Virus record (IMG/VR): IMGVR_UViG_3300020045_002177
Coordinates: 1-39,402 of that record
Direction: 5' to 3' (one strand)
Length of the DNA stretch: 39,402 nucleotides
Origin: a virus
Lineage: Duplodnaviria; Caudoviricetes
Position 1 is the stretch's first letter; each line of letters begins with the position of its first letter. A program made the translations under genes and the position numbers. The notes beneath the pieces are model-generated. The model ran no database searches and was not told the DNA's origin. It was given only the letters and a program-made list of their open reading frames with translations. Of the stretch, positions 9,176-21,600 are shown piece after piece.

Positions 9176-9924
9176 TGAACTTACGCCAATTACGAGAAGA
9201 GGCTTGGGATATAGCAAGGGAAACGGCTACTAGAGATGGGGATCGCCTATGGCCTATTAAAGAAATGAATCGCTATATTAATCGTGTTTATCGACAAATA
9301 GCACGAGAAACTAAATGTATTCGAGATGCAGTTACTCCCGAAATATGTAGAATAGCCTCTACCGTAGTTGATTGGACTACTTATGCTCCGGGAACTGATG
9401 ATTATATCTTAGCTAATGATATAAATTCTTGGATATATCAAAAAAACGTAGCTCCTTATATTTATGATTTACATCCATTAATCTTAGATATAGACGAAGT
9501 TAAGTGGTCTGCAAAAGCATGGAGACTTACTAAAGTCTCTGTTAGTAAATGGCAAGTAAATCCCTTTTGGGAACAAGTAATGGGGATGCCTACTGAGTAT
9601 GCTACTGATTTATCTAATAATAAACTAGCTTTAAATTTTAGATCAGATCAAAGTGATACTTTAAAATTAATAGTGAGACGCTTACCTATAATGGATTTAG
9701 GTAACGATACAGATATACCAGAACTTCGTTTACATTATCATGACTTTATGATTAATGGTATTCTAGAACAAATGTATTCTAAGCAAGATGCTGAGACTTT
9801 TGATGGTGAGAAAGCAGTCAGTTATGGTGCTAAGTATCTACGTGATATAGATGAAATTAAACAACAAGAAACTATTCTAGATCAGAGATTAAAAGTAAAC
9901 TTTAGTATGGATGCTTTTAGATAA
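9175..9924 (+). CDS. Head-tail adaptor protein
   Basis: MNLRQLR...LWPIKEMNRYIN...YSKQDAETFD resembles podoviral adaptor (DUF6682-like) proteins; synteny. Confidence 0.75.
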   Translation: MNLRQLREEAWDIARETATRDGDRLWPIKEMNRYINRVYRQIARETKCIRDAVTPEICRIASTVVDWTTYAPGTDDYILANDINSWIYQKNVAPYIYDLHPLILDIDEVKWSAKAWRLTKVSVSKWQVNPFWEQVMGMPTEYATDLSNNKLALNFRSDQSDTLKLIVRRLPIMDLGNDTDIPELRLHYHDFMINGILEQMYSKQDAETFDGEKAVSYGAKYLRDIDEIKQQETILDQRLKVNFSMDAFR

Positions 9925-9936
9925 AAAGGAAACTCT

Positions 9937-11502
9937 ATGGCTGATAAAGGTTCTGTAACATTAGATTATAGAGGTAACTTACTCGGAGCACAATTTGCCT
10001 TTGCTGGCATGAGCTTCCTTATAGACCCTGCGGATATTGATATATCTACAGGGCTTTGTGCTGATATAGTAAACTGTAGTATTGATTACTCTTATAATGT
10101 AGATAGACGTAGTGGTTCAGTACGAGTTGCTAGTGGTAATGTCACTACTGCTTGGGCTAATGATACTTATATTTATTGTATTAAAGATAATAGACTTAAT
10201 ACTTTTAACGGAACTACTTTTACTCAAATATCTAATATAGTTTTAGCTAATCATGTAGAATTTAAACAAGTAAATAATATTGTAGTTTTTTCTGATAATT
10301 CTGTAATAGGTTATATAGATGGGACTACTGTAGTTCAGTTAGATCATCCTTCTGATTGGGTTGATGTTACTACACTACCTACTTGGGTAGAAGATCATTA
10401 TCCAGCAGATTTTAGTGATCCCGCCTCTAATTTTGAAGTAGACACTTTTAAGTTAGCAACATTAGCTGGTAGATGTCTTGAATATTTTAATGGTACTCTT
10501 TATTTTTCTATAGGTAACTTTATTTACTGCACTAAAACCTTTGATATTGCACACATGGATATTAGATATAGTGTTGTAGCTGGTTTTCCTGCAGATGTAA
10601 CTATGATTGCTAGAGTTAATGATGGTCTGTTTGTAGGAACTACTCAAGGATTGTATTTTTTATCTGGAACAGGAAAGAAATTTGATAGTGAAAAAGGTAA
10701 TTTAGGATTAAGTTTTAATCAAAAACAACTAACAAACTATCCTGTAATCTATGGAACACAATACAGAGTTCAAGCTGATTTAGTACCACAAACTAAAGCT
10801 AATAATACAGTAGTTCTTTTTGCTACAAATCTAGGAGTGTTTGCTGGTCATGATGGTGGGCTATACACTAACCTATCTACAAATCAGATTACGATGCCTT
10901 ATAGTTCAGAAGGAACTGCATATTTTAGAGAAGCTAACAATATTTATCAATATGTAGTTTGTTTTAATACAGCTAATAATTTAATTAGTGGTAATGCTAT
11001 TAATCCTGCTTCTTTAAAAGATACTTGGGTTGTAAATACAATTAATAGTGCTCATAGTAGATACACTAATTTTGTTTATAACAGTTTTTTTAAATATAAT
11101 AATGAACTTTATGGTTCTAATACTTTAGGTATTTATAAATTAACAGGAGATATAGATTATAGTGGTACAACTATTACTAATATTAATCCTCAAATAGAGG
11201 CAGCTATTACTACTCCTACAATAGATTTTGATAAAAGACAAACAAAGGCAGTAAGTGATGCTTATATTTATTCCAGAAGTTACGGGGATATAATTATTAG
11301 TGTTTCTGTAGATGAAGGAGAGCTTCGAGAAGGATTACATTGTCATTATGATAATAGAGAAGGATTGCATCGTAAACGAACTAAGATACCTAGGGGCTTA
11401 AAAGGAAGTAACTGGAAGTTTATTGTCTCAAATATAGATGGTTCTTATTTTAATATTTTTGGTATGGATATAACTGCAAAGACTTTAAAAAGAACAATAT
11501 AA
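9937..11502 (+). CDS. Tail nozzle / DNA stabilisation protein
   Basis: 521-aa beta-propeller-like protein after the adaptor; WVVNT...HSRYTN and RTKIPRGLKGSNW motifs. Confidence 0.7.
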   Translation: MADKGSVTLDYRGNLLGAQFAFAGMSFLIDPADIDISTGLCADIVNCSIDYSYNVDRRSGSVRVASGNVTTAWANDTYIYCIKDNRLNTFNGTTFTQISNIVLANHVEFKQVNNIVVFSDNSVIGYIDGTTVVQLDHPSDWVDVTTLPTWVEDHYPADFSDPASNFEVDTFKLATLAGRCLEYFNGTLYFSIGNFIYCTKTFDIAHMDIRYSVVAGFPADVTMIARVNDGLFVGTTQGLYFLSGTGKKFDSEKGNLGLSFNQKQLTNYPVIYGTQYRVQADLVPQTKANNTVVLFATNLGVFAGHDGGLYTNLSTNQITMPYSSEGTAYFREANNIYQYVVCFNTANNLISGNAINPASLKDTWVVNTINSAHSRYTNFVYNSFFKYNNELYGSNTLGIYKLTGDIDYSGTTITNINPQIEAAITTPTIDFDKRQTKAVSDAYIYSRSYGDIIISVSVDEGELREGLHCHYDNREGLHRKRTKIPRGLKGSNWKFIVSNIDGSYFNIFGMDITAKTLKRTI

Positions 11503-11503
11503 T

Positions 11504-13153
11504 ATGAAAATTATTACAACAGAAAAAATAGGAGCTATTTTAAAAGCAATAGGAATGGGAAAACTTCTTTTAGATAAATTAAAAAGAAGTTCAGATAATA
11601 AAGCAACCACAGTAGTTCCTGACTTTAGTTTTCAATTAGATATCAATGGTAATCCTATTTTAGATGGACAAGGACACCCTGTATATGATACCCTTGGCCC
11701 TCTTTATTATGTAGAGGCAAAAAAAGATGATTCTATTTTAATAAAAAATTTAAATAGTTTTGATCTAAAGAGTATAGTAAATACTTTAGGTAGTAATGGA
11801 ACTGGTTATTCTACTATAGATACAAATAATAGAGTTATTATTAAAGAGTCTAAAATTAATTGGGGTGGTGGCAAACCACCATTTTATTTATTTCTTGTTT
11901 ATTATAATGAGACAACAAAAACATATACTCCATTACAAACAAGTGAAGTATTAAATGTAAAAGATAGCGCAACATTATTAGGGTCAATTGGCTTACCTAT
12001 AACATATATAAGAGAATATAATTTAATTCTTAATAATTATTCTGATTTTGCTTTATGCTCTGATTATTCTATAGACCCCTCTGATCCAGCAGTACAGCAT
12101 AATTTAGGTATTTTAATTGTAGATAGTACAGGCATCACTAGTGCAGACCATAATAAATTATTTTTACCTTTTATTCCAAAAATAGGGGATAAATTACTAA
12201 ATATTTATTCTCAATATGGGTTTGAGAGTATTACTGCTCCCTTTATTAAACAGAACACTAGTATATCAACAACATATGGGATTCCAATTACTTTAGCTAC
12301 CTTTGCTGCTAGTGGCTTAGTTCCGGGAACACGAGGCACAAGTAACACAGCCCTTGCAGGAATTATAAACCACTACTATTATAATCCAGATGTTAATAAT
12401 TTGACTAATATAGTAGGCACAACTTTAAATGGCTATACAGGGAGTACTCCAACATATAATGTTGTTCAAACAAGAACTATTTTTAGCCCGACCGATACAA
12501 CTCATTATAAAGAAGCAACCTTAGATGCAAATATAATAATAAATCAAGCACAAATTAGGGCTGTACCAACAAGTAATCCAGCCGTTAGTGATGTCTATGG
12601 TTTTGTAACTTGGGGTTCTTTAAAAGCAATGGGCAGTTTTTTAACAAATAATAGTTTAGCATTACCTAGTGGCACTACTAATTTAAGTTCAACTGGGCCT
12701 GCTGTGGGATTAGATTCCACATTTGTTCCTGCATTTGGATCTACTTTTACTGTCGTTAAATTTTTTGACCACTCAAATCCTAATTATACGCCTACGCATA
12801 TAGAAATACCTACATCAGTTACTATTAGTAAATATACACTATCTTCAAGTGATTATAATATTCAAGCTTTTTTATTTGGTGTATGGGGTATTACGGCAGG
12901 TACAAATAATCATTGCACAGCAATACCACAATTTGAAATTAGAACAGCTTATTATAATACAGTTACACATTTACTGGTAGGTGGTGTTTTTTCAAGTTCT
13001 CGTAATGGATTCGGAAATTTAATACAAGATAATAGCACTCCACCAGCTAATGTTGTAAGACTAGTAAATATACGTGGTTCCCAAGCAGGAGATAGTAATT
13101 ATAATGGTATGCCAACAACAATGTTATATGAAAGTTCTGGAATTTCGTTCTAA
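11504..13153 (+). CDS. Hypothetical tail-associated protein, Thr/Asn/Ser-rich
   Basis: 549-aa ORF between the nozzle and the ejection proteins; beta-rich composition. Confidence 0.6.
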   Translation: MKIITTEKIGAILKAIGMGKLLLDKLKRSSDNKATTVVPDFSFQLDINGNPILDGQGHPVYDTLGPLYYVEAKKDDSILIKNLNSFDLKSIVNTLGSNGTGYSTIDTNNRVIIKESKINWGGGKPPFYLFLVYYNETTKTYTPLQTSEVLNVKDSATLLGSIGLPITYIREYNLILNNYSDFALCSDYSIDPSDPAVQHNLGILIVDSTGITSADHNKLFLPFIPKIGDKLLNIYSQYGFESITAPFIKQNTSISTTYGIPITLATFAASGLVPGTRGTSNTALAGIINHYYYNPDVNNLTNIVGTTLNGYTGSTPTYNVVQTRTIFSPTDTTHYKEATLDANIIINQAQIRAVPTSNPAVSDVYGFVTWGSLKAMGSFLTNNSLALPSGTTNLSSTGPAVGLDSTFVPAFGSTFTVVKFFDHSNPNYTPTHIEIPTSVTISKYTLSSSDYNIQAFLFGVWGITAGTNNHCTAIPQFEIRTAYYNTVTHLLVGGVFSSSRNGFGNLIQDNSTPPANVVRLVNIRGSQAGDSNYNGMPTTMLYESSGISF

Positions 13154-13171
13154 TATAAAAGGAGTTTTATT

Positions 13172-14548
13172 ATGGCAATAGATAATAGTGTAGTCAATAC
13201 CCAATATGCAGCGGCAGCAGCATTAGTAACTAGTGCAATTAATAAATTAAATTCAATTGCTGACACAGTTACTACAACTACAATAGGAATTGTAAGCGAT
13301 CAAACTGCTCCTAGTGCTAGTGGTTATTCTACTGTAGGAAGTTATATTACTAGTAATATTGCTTCTGGTAATGCACCTACTTTACCTAGTTATTCAACTA
13401 CAACAGCTTTAGTTGCTAAACCTACTCTTACACTAGGTTCTACAGCCGATATAGATGCTTTAGCTGCTAATGGGTTCCCTGTAGCTGAAATAGTTTCTGT
13501 TCTGAATTTAAACGCTGCGACACAATCAGCTATAACTGCGTTAAATGCACTTACTTTAGACTTCTCTGGTTCTCCTGTTGCACCTTCTACAGTAGGTTTA
13601 ACTACCTCTTTATGGTCTGAAACATTTTGGACTAATGTAAAATCTGAACTAGGAACTTATGTTAATTCTATTTTAGGTGCTGATGATATAGACGCAGCTT
13701 TAATAGTACTAACTAATGATACAACTAAGATGCAAAATGCTATGTATGCTGCTGATCTAGAAAGAAAACAACAGGCTCTTAGGGATTTAATCAGTGCTGC
13801 TAATTCAAATACTGGCTCTGCTGGCTTCTTATTTCCTAACATGATGACTACTGCATTACATCTTGATGCACAACAGAAATATCAGTTTGATTTATCACAA
13901 GTATCTCGTGATCTTATTAAAATTATTACTGAATGGGCAAAAACTAATTATCAATTTACTCTTGATAAAAGTATTTCAGCACACCAATTAGATATAGATT
14001 TTAATATGCGATATATGGATGCTCTTATAAAAGTGTATGAAGCTACTTTAAGTAAGATATTCCAAGAAGCTAAAATGAAACTTGAATATGCTATTAGTAA
14101 GGTTGATGAAGGGATAAAAACCTACTTAGCTCAAGCTGATACCTATATTAAGGTTTTAGTAAGTAAATCAGATGTTTACGCTAAAGAATCTGATACTTTA
14201 ATTAAAGCTTTTGCTACTAATACCGATATTGATGTAAGAAGATATTTAGCATTAGGTGATGTAAATTCTAAAGATGCTCTTACTGCACAAGAAATAAAAC
14301 AGAAATATTATACCATTATTTCTGAATTAGCAAAAATACAACTTGCTGTTTATGATACTACTGATAAACACGCTCTTACTAAATACTCAGAGAAGATTAA
14401 AGAGGCAGTTGGAGAGAATCAAGTTGTAGCAAAGATGGCCTCTGAGGGCGCAGTAGCTAAACTTCAAGCAGCAACAGGAGCAGCTACCGCTGCTGGAAAC
14501 TTAGCAAGTTCAATTTCATCTTCTATAGTACAAATAGCTTCCGCTTAA
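13172..14548 (+). CDS. Probable internal virion / ejection protein
   Basis: Ala/Thr/Ser-rich N-terminus, long helical C-terminal half, Ala/Gly-rich hydrophobic tail; position in the genome. Confidence 0.6.
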   Translation: MAIDNSVVNTQYAAAAALVTSAINKLNSIADTVTTTTIGIVSDQTAPSASGYSTVGSYITSNIASGNAPTLPSYSTTTALVAKPTLTLGSTADIDALAANGFPVAEIVSVLNLNAATQSAITALNALTLDFSGSPVAPSTVGLTTSLWSETFWTNVKSELGTYVNSILGADDIDAALIVLTNDTTKMQNAMYAADLERKQQALRDLISAANSNTGSAGFLFPNMMTTALHLDAQQKYQFDLSQVSRDLIKIITEWAKTNYQFTLDKSISAHQLDIDFNMRYMDALIKVYEATLSKIFQEAKMKLEYAISKVDEGIKTYLAQADTYIKVLVSKSDVYAKESDTLIKAFATNTDIDVRRYLALGDVNSKDALTAQEIKQKYYTIISELAKIQLAVYDTTDKHALTKYSEKIKEAVGENQVVAKMASEGAVAKLQAATGAATAAGNLASSISSSIVQIASA

Positions 14549-14562
14549 TTAAAGGAGTAATT

Positions 14563-15678
14563 ATGGCAACAATTGATGATAATATTCTTAAATTATTAGA
14601 GACCTTATCTCCAACCCAACGGCTTAAAAAATATACAGACTCACCAGTAGCTAGAGGTCTTTATGAGACAATGAATACTGTTGCTGGAAATCCTATAGAC
14701 TCTTTTAAATCTAAGTTTGGAATAGGTGAGGAAGCTAAAACACCAGCTATAGCACCTCCTTCTGTAACACCAGCTCCTATTAACCAAGCTCCTGTAGCCG
14801 ATTCTCCCGCACTTGAACCTGTTAAAGAGCTACCTATAATTACATCAGGTAAGCCTGAGAATACATATCAAACACAAATGCAAGCATTTAATACTAACTT
14901 TTTAAATAAGTTACAGAATATGCCTAAGAATCCTTTTGAAAAAGGAACCTCTGCTTTAGATTATGTAAAACTTATGAAAGAAGGATTAGCAATTCCTCAA
15001 GCAAGGTCTGTTGCTGAATCTAAAATTAGATTATTTGGTGATTCTAGAGATGATCTTTTAGCACAGAAACTATCTGACAAGAGTGTTCGTATTCAAAATG
15101 AAGCAGTTGCTCCCCTTATGAATCTAGCTCAAGCTACTGTTCCTATTGAAATGAAACAACCAATGGAAAAATATAATACAGATGTAGATGCAGCTAATAA
15201 ACTACTTTCTACACAAGCTGGTACTTTTAAAGAAACAGATGCTAATGATATACGAAATCCAATGACACAAGCTAATTTACTTTCTAAAAAAGCTGGTGTA
15301 TTAAGTGCTATGTCTACTGATGAATTAAATAAAGCACATGCTAATTATTATAATAAACAAGTAGAAAATGAAAAAGGTGTTGGTAGTTATAAAAGTGATG
15401 AATGGAAACAGCATGTTAGAGAACAAGAATATCTTAAAAAGAATCCAGAAGAGGCTGTTGAATTTGGTGCTAGTAAAGCAAGCCCTAAGAGTGTAAAGGT
15501 AGATGGTAAACTGCAATCATTACCACTTGTCCCTTATATTCCAAGATCAAAGCAAGCTATTGCAGATCAAGCACTAGTTATGGTTCATTCTAAAAAACCA
15601 GATGAACAAAAAGTAGGTATTAAATTATTACGTGAAGCTGGACTACTAATGCCTTCTAGTGGAGCACTACAATACTAA
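14563..15678 (+). CDS. Probable internal virion / ejection protein
   Basis: Pro/Ala-rich linker and helical low-complexity sequence; lies between other ejection-type genes. Confidence 0.55.
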   Translation: MATIDDNILKLLETLSPTQRLKKYTDSPVARGLYETMNTVAGNPIDSFKSKFGIGEEAKTPAIAPPSVTPAPINQAPVADSPALEPVKELPIITSGKPENTYQTQMQAFNTNFLNKLQNMPKNPFEKGTSALDYVKLMKEGLAIPQARSVAESKIRLFGDSRDDLLAQKLSDKSVRIQNEAVAPLMNLAQATVPIEMKQPMEKYNTDVDAANKLLSTQAGTFKETDANDIRNPMTQANLLSKKAGVLSAMSTDELNKAHANYYNKQVENEKGVGSYKSDEWKQHVREQEYLKKNPEEAVEFGASKASPKSVKVDGKLQSLPLVPYIPRSKQAIADQALVMVHSKKPDEQKVGIKLLREAGLLMPSSGALQY

Positions 15679-15696
15679 GATTAGGAGATTCTCTTA

Positions 15697-18600
15697 ATGG
15701 CTGATATTAACGAACTTTTAGAACAACGTATACAAGAATTATCTAATCCTAAACCTAAAGAAGAGAAGAAGGTCAAGGTAAAAAGTAAACCTACCTCTTT
15801 TGACTTCAGTAAATATACTTCTCAATCCGAAGAAGAGCCTTCTCATGTTGGAGAAGCTGCTAAAGCTTTAGGTAGGGCTGCTTTATCTATTCCTGAGTTT
15901 GCATCTAATGTTCTGCAAGCTGGTGCTGGTGCAGTTGGTACTGCTGCTGGTGTACCACTTAGTGAGAACGTAGTACGTAATTATCTTAAAGGTGGTACTG
16001 ATGAAATAGCTATGATGAAACAAGGCTATACACCAGAACAAGCTAAAGATATTAAAGAGGGTAGATTACAGCCATTAAAAGGAACTCTTGCTCCTAGTCA
16101 AGAATATGCAGAAAAGCATCCAGTTGTATCTACATTAGAATCCCTTCCAGAAAGTGTTGCTCCACTTGTCTATGCACCTCTTCTTGGCCCTGCTATGCCA
16201 GCGGCTTTTGGTGCGTCTACTTTAAATAAAGGTATTGCTAAACAAGAAGTAGAACATCCAGAAAGAAGTGATTTATCTAAGATAGGTAGAGCTTTACCTG
16301 CGGCTGCGGCTGAAACAGCTTTATTTACAGCTATGCCCGGTGTAACTAAAAAAGCAGCAGAAAAATTAGGTTGGGAAGGTGCAGGAAGAACACTAGCTGA
16401 TCTAGATGTATTAGGTAAAGGTACTAAAGTAGGTGGTAGTGTTGGTAAATCTGCATTACAACGTGGTGCTATAGATACACCATACCTCTTTGGTCAAGGT
16501 AAAGTAATTGCTGGATTAGAGGCTGCAACTGGTGTTAATACCTTAGATGAATTTACAGAAGGATTTAAACCAGAGAATCTAGCCAGAGAGCTTGCTTCTA
16601 ATTTTGCTATGGGTGCTGGATTTGGAGCACTTCATGGAGCTAAGTGGAAGAAACAAGCACAAGAACTAAATACACTAGCTACACATCCTGATGCTACTAT
16701 AAGACAAAAAGGAATTGATTCAATTACTGGTCTTCTAGAACAGAAAGGCTATACGGAAGAAGCTAAAGCATTTAATAAGAATATGAAAGACTATGAGACT
16801 GCAAAAGGATTTGCAGATGCTTATGGTACAGAACTATCTGAAATTAATCCTACTGAACTAATTAATAAAGATGTATTGTCTGCTATTGAATTAATTAATA
16901 GACCAGAACTAAAAGATAATAAAAATCCTGTATCTCTCTTAGATAGTGATACACCTATTAAAAAAGTTATTAATAGGAGTCTTGGTCAAGAGACTACAGA
17001 TATTTCTAAACTTACAGATGAAATTAATCAAACTAAGCAAGAAGTAGTTAGCCCTAGTGGTAATCTCCAAGCTCTTGAGAAAGTAGCAGAAGGGCCAAAA
17101 CTTACTTCTAAAGAAATATTACCCGTTCTTTCTGACCCTGCTAAGATTAAAGATGCTGTATTAAATGAGATGCCTATAGCTGATAAAGCAACATTATCAC
17201 CTATGGCACTACATAATCTTGTAGCACATCTTAAAGCAGGAGAACTAGTTGAAGTAGAAGGTAAATATTATCCTACTCAAAAACTAGCAGATAGACTAGA
17301 GAAGACTCAACAGAAAGTAGATAAAGTTAATAAAGCTTTTGAGGCTAAAGGTGTTAAAGCTAGAGTAGGTGAAGAAGCTGTTACTACAACTACAGAAGGT
17401 AAACTTACTAGAGCACAAAAGAGTGAAATCAATAAAGCTAAATTCAAAGCAGAGCAAGAAGCTAAGAAAACAGAGAAGGTAGCTTTACCTAAAGAAGAAA
17501 AACCTGTTGTAGAGAAGGTTGCTAAAGCATCTGAACCTAAAGAGACTGTAACTAAGCCTGTTGAAAAAGAAGCTAAACCTGCTAAAGAAAAGAAAGCTAT
17601 AGTAGATGATCTTGCTTATGAAAAAGATGAAACTTTTAAAGCTTTACCAAAAGCACAAAAGAAACTTATTCGTGAACAAGATAGAACAATACGCAATGAT
17701 GTTTGGTCTAAGATAAAAGAAAAGATGTCAGGTGAAGTTGCAGAGCCTAATAAGAAAGCAGAGATAAAGGCCAAAGCTAAAGAGACAAAAGAAGCTAGAG
17801 AAGCAGCACCTAAAAAGACTTTAGAACAAACTAAAGCTGGTAAAGACTTACGTGCTAAAGCAGATACTTTGTCTTTTGAAGATTATAGTAAAGCTATGCA
17901 AGACCTTTATGGCGCTAGATATGATGCTAAAACTACGCTATCTACTTGGAACCATGCAAATAAAAAGAGTGATGGCACAAGAACACCTCAACCTAAAGCA
18001 ACTACTAGAGCAGAGAAACCTACTAATGTTATTGCAACTTCTAAATCTTCAACTGATTTAGTATCCAGAATTAACTCTAGATTAAAGAAAGGATTTAATA
18101 CTGTAAGAGATAAGTATCATTATATCTTAGAGTTAGAAAGACAGTTAGGTAATTCTCTTGACCCTGAGAATAGAAAAACATATAATGAATTATTTAAAAT
18201 AGTTCCAGAACTAGAAAACTTATTCCGTAATGCTAAGGAAATTAAACGTGAAGGTAAAAGTATATCTAGAGAACTAAAGGCAGAGAAGCGTAGAGAAGAG
18301 TCTGTTATTGGTGAGAAAGCAGAAGCACCAGAAGGTTATGTTGCTGCTCTAGAAAGACAAGCTAAAGAAGCTGTAGAAACAGAAAGACTAAAGAAAGAAA
18401 AGATAGCTAAGACTATTAAAGATAAAAAACTAGTTGATGTTAAAGTTATAGAAAAGGAAGTTAAACAAGAAGTCAAAGAAAAGAAAGAAGTACCTAAAGC
18501 TAAAGTAGAACCTAAAATAGAAGAAAAAGAAGCACCTGTTTATGATAGAGAAGAAGAAATTAAATTACAAGGTAAAATTAGAGCAGCAGAAAAGAGACTA

Positions 18601-21600
18601 GCTAATTTAGAAAATAAAGGAGCAGATGAATCTCTTATTCGTCAAGCAGATATAGAGTTAGCTAAACTAGAAGAACAAATAGATAGTATGAGAATGTCTG
18701 TTCAAAAAACAGAAGTATCTTCTAACGAACCTGTTGTTACAGAAAAGCTATTTAGCTCTGCTTCAAAAACTGCTCACAGGGATTATGAGAGGCTTTTAGA
18801 CAGTGATTTATCTATAGGGGCTAGTCAGAGTATACCTAAAAATATTAAAGGCTTTGTAGAGCAAATACAGAAGCATTTTAACCTAAAAGGAAAACTATTT
18901 ATAACATCTAAATCTGATGTTGATACGTCAGAGTTAGCTAAGATAGCTACATTTCAGAAAATAAAAGATTCTGAGCAGGGTTATGTAGGTATGCTTCTTA
19001 CTATGGGAAATGGTAGTAGGATGGTTGTACTTAATGATCAGAAGATTAAAACTAGTAAAACGCTTGTTAGAACTTTATCTCATGAATTAGGACATGCTAT
19101 TATTAATGATTATTATACTAGTGCGTCAGAGGCAACTAAATTATCTATTAATAAAGATATGCAATCTTGGTTTAATAAAATGCAGAGGGGTGATAATGCT
19201 GCTTTAGAAGAGTTATATCAAGAGAGTGGAAAAACTTGGACGGACTTTAAAAGAGAATATGCTAGTTATTTGAATAAAGAAGGAAATATTTTAGCTATAG
19301 CAGGAACTAAACGCCTTGGCTTATTAAATGAATATCTTGCAGAACAAGTAGCTAAATATATTAACGAAAGACACTCTAGGCCAGAAGGTGCAGTAGCTAG
19401 ATTCTTTGCTAATGTAGCGGAACAACTACGTAATATTTATAATGCTTATAGAAATAATAGTTTACAGAATAGACAACCTGTTGATTCTATTGCTAAATGG
19501 TTAGATGATTTAACTAACACTAAAAAAACAGCAGTAGAAGCAGTTTACGAAGAGGCTGACTTTGAACCTAAGTTTTCTAATGTAGGTGAAGATATTAAAA
19601 ACCTATATAAGAAAGGTGAAGAGAAAATACCTAAAGCCCTTAAAGCTGATTATGAATTAGCAAAGAATAGAACTATAGAAGAAACTTCTGCTGTAAGTGA
19701 ATGGTTTAAAAGAATATTTAAGCCATACTCAGGAGCTAGTAATGAATCTTTAGATGCTGCTTATAAAATTAAGGCAGTACCTAGCAAGAGAGCAGATCAA
19801 TTTGCTATTCATATGGGACATTATATAGACCCTAAAACAAATAAAACTATGAATCTACTTGAATACTTTGCAGGTAAGTCTTCAAAGCAACAAGTAGAGT
19901 TTATGGATAAAGCTAGAAGAATGGACGAGAAAGATGTTATAGAAGGCAACTACGAAAAGTATGATTTTACTAAAGAAGAAATAGCTTTCTTAAAAACATC
20001 TAAAGAATATGCTGACGTAATATACAATGAACTATCTGAAATACTACCTAACTTACCTAAGAGAGAAGCTCACTTTGGTCTTGCACTTCTTTGGGACAAA
20101 ATCCCCGGAAAGTTACAAGATACAAGTTTTGCTGAAACTAATTTTGGAAAGAAGTTATTAGGTAGTAAAGGGTTTACTAAAAAGAGAAGTGATAAAACTA
20201 TTCAAGAAATGATAGCAGAGGGTGGCGTATTAGCTACTAGTAATCCTATTCAGACTGTAACTAATTATATTAGAGAAGCTACTAAGTTTACTGGTGTATC
20301 TCAAGTATTAGAAGATATGCAAGTTAATGGTACTGCTAAATACTTTAGTGCTTCTGAAAGGGCTAAGATACCTCAAGGTTGGGAACCCCTTAATGCAAGA
20401 GGTACAGAATTATTTTCTAAAGTAATTACTCCTAAAGGATTTAATGCTAAATTACCTACAGGAGAATATATTACTAATACTAAAGGGGAACCTAAATTAT
20501 TTAGTAATAAAAAAGAACTTAAATCTGCTATAGAAAAAGCTGGATTTAAAATGGAAGATGCTATTATTGAAAGAGATAATCAGCAACTATTTAATTTTGC
20601 AGGTTACTCTCTTAAAGAAAAAGATGGTACTGTTATTATGTCTGCTCCTAATAAAGCTACTCTTGAGAAGTATTGGGAGAAGCATATTGATTCTATTGGG
20701 GAAGATGCTAAGATTTCTCCTAAATATGTTCCAGAACAATCTACCAAAGCTGGTAATTTGTATTTCCCTAAAGAATTTGCTATGATGATGAATAATTATC
20801 TATCTAGAGATTCTTTTAGAGCTAATCCTATTGGTAAGAACTTAGCTAAGATGAAGAACTTTTATACTAAATTAGAATTAGGCTTATCTGGTTTTCACTA
20901 CACAGTTATTAACTTAGAAGCTGTTGCTTCTTATGGTTCTTTAGCCTTACAAAGAGCTATTATGGAAAAACGACTATCTGCTTTTAGTAATACTGCTAAA
21001 GGGATTGCAGGAGAGAATAGTCTTCATGCAATGATGAAAGAGTATATTCGTGATCCAGAGCAATTTAACCCTAGTTCACCTAAATATGATAAAGCAATGA
21101 ATGAAGTTATAGAACGTGCTTTAGGTAAAGGCGTAGGTCTAGGTGAAATTAAAGAACAGTTTTATAATGCTGGTGGTCTAATGGAAGCAGATTTATCTCT
21201 TCGTGGTTCCGAGTTTTCTAGGTATCAAGGAGTAAGTCCAACATTAAATCCATCTAAAATTAAAGCTAATATAAAACAATATACAGATAGACTTAAAGCA
21301 GATGGAATAGATTTAGAAGATGGTAAATCTAAAGTAAAAGTTATTGGTAGTACTTTAGGTGCTGTAATGGAAACTTCTACTAACTATTTATTTGAACATT
21401 ATATTCCTAAAATTAAGTTTGCTTTCTTTGCAAAAGAATATGCTTTTGCTATACAAAAACAAAAAGCTGCTATAGAAGCAGGACTAGTTAATAAGAATCA
21501 AATTGCTAGAGAAACTATGTCTTTTGTTGAGGATAGGTTTGGTGAAATGAATTGGGAGAATCTATGGCTTAATAAATCGCATAAATCTGCTATTCAATTC

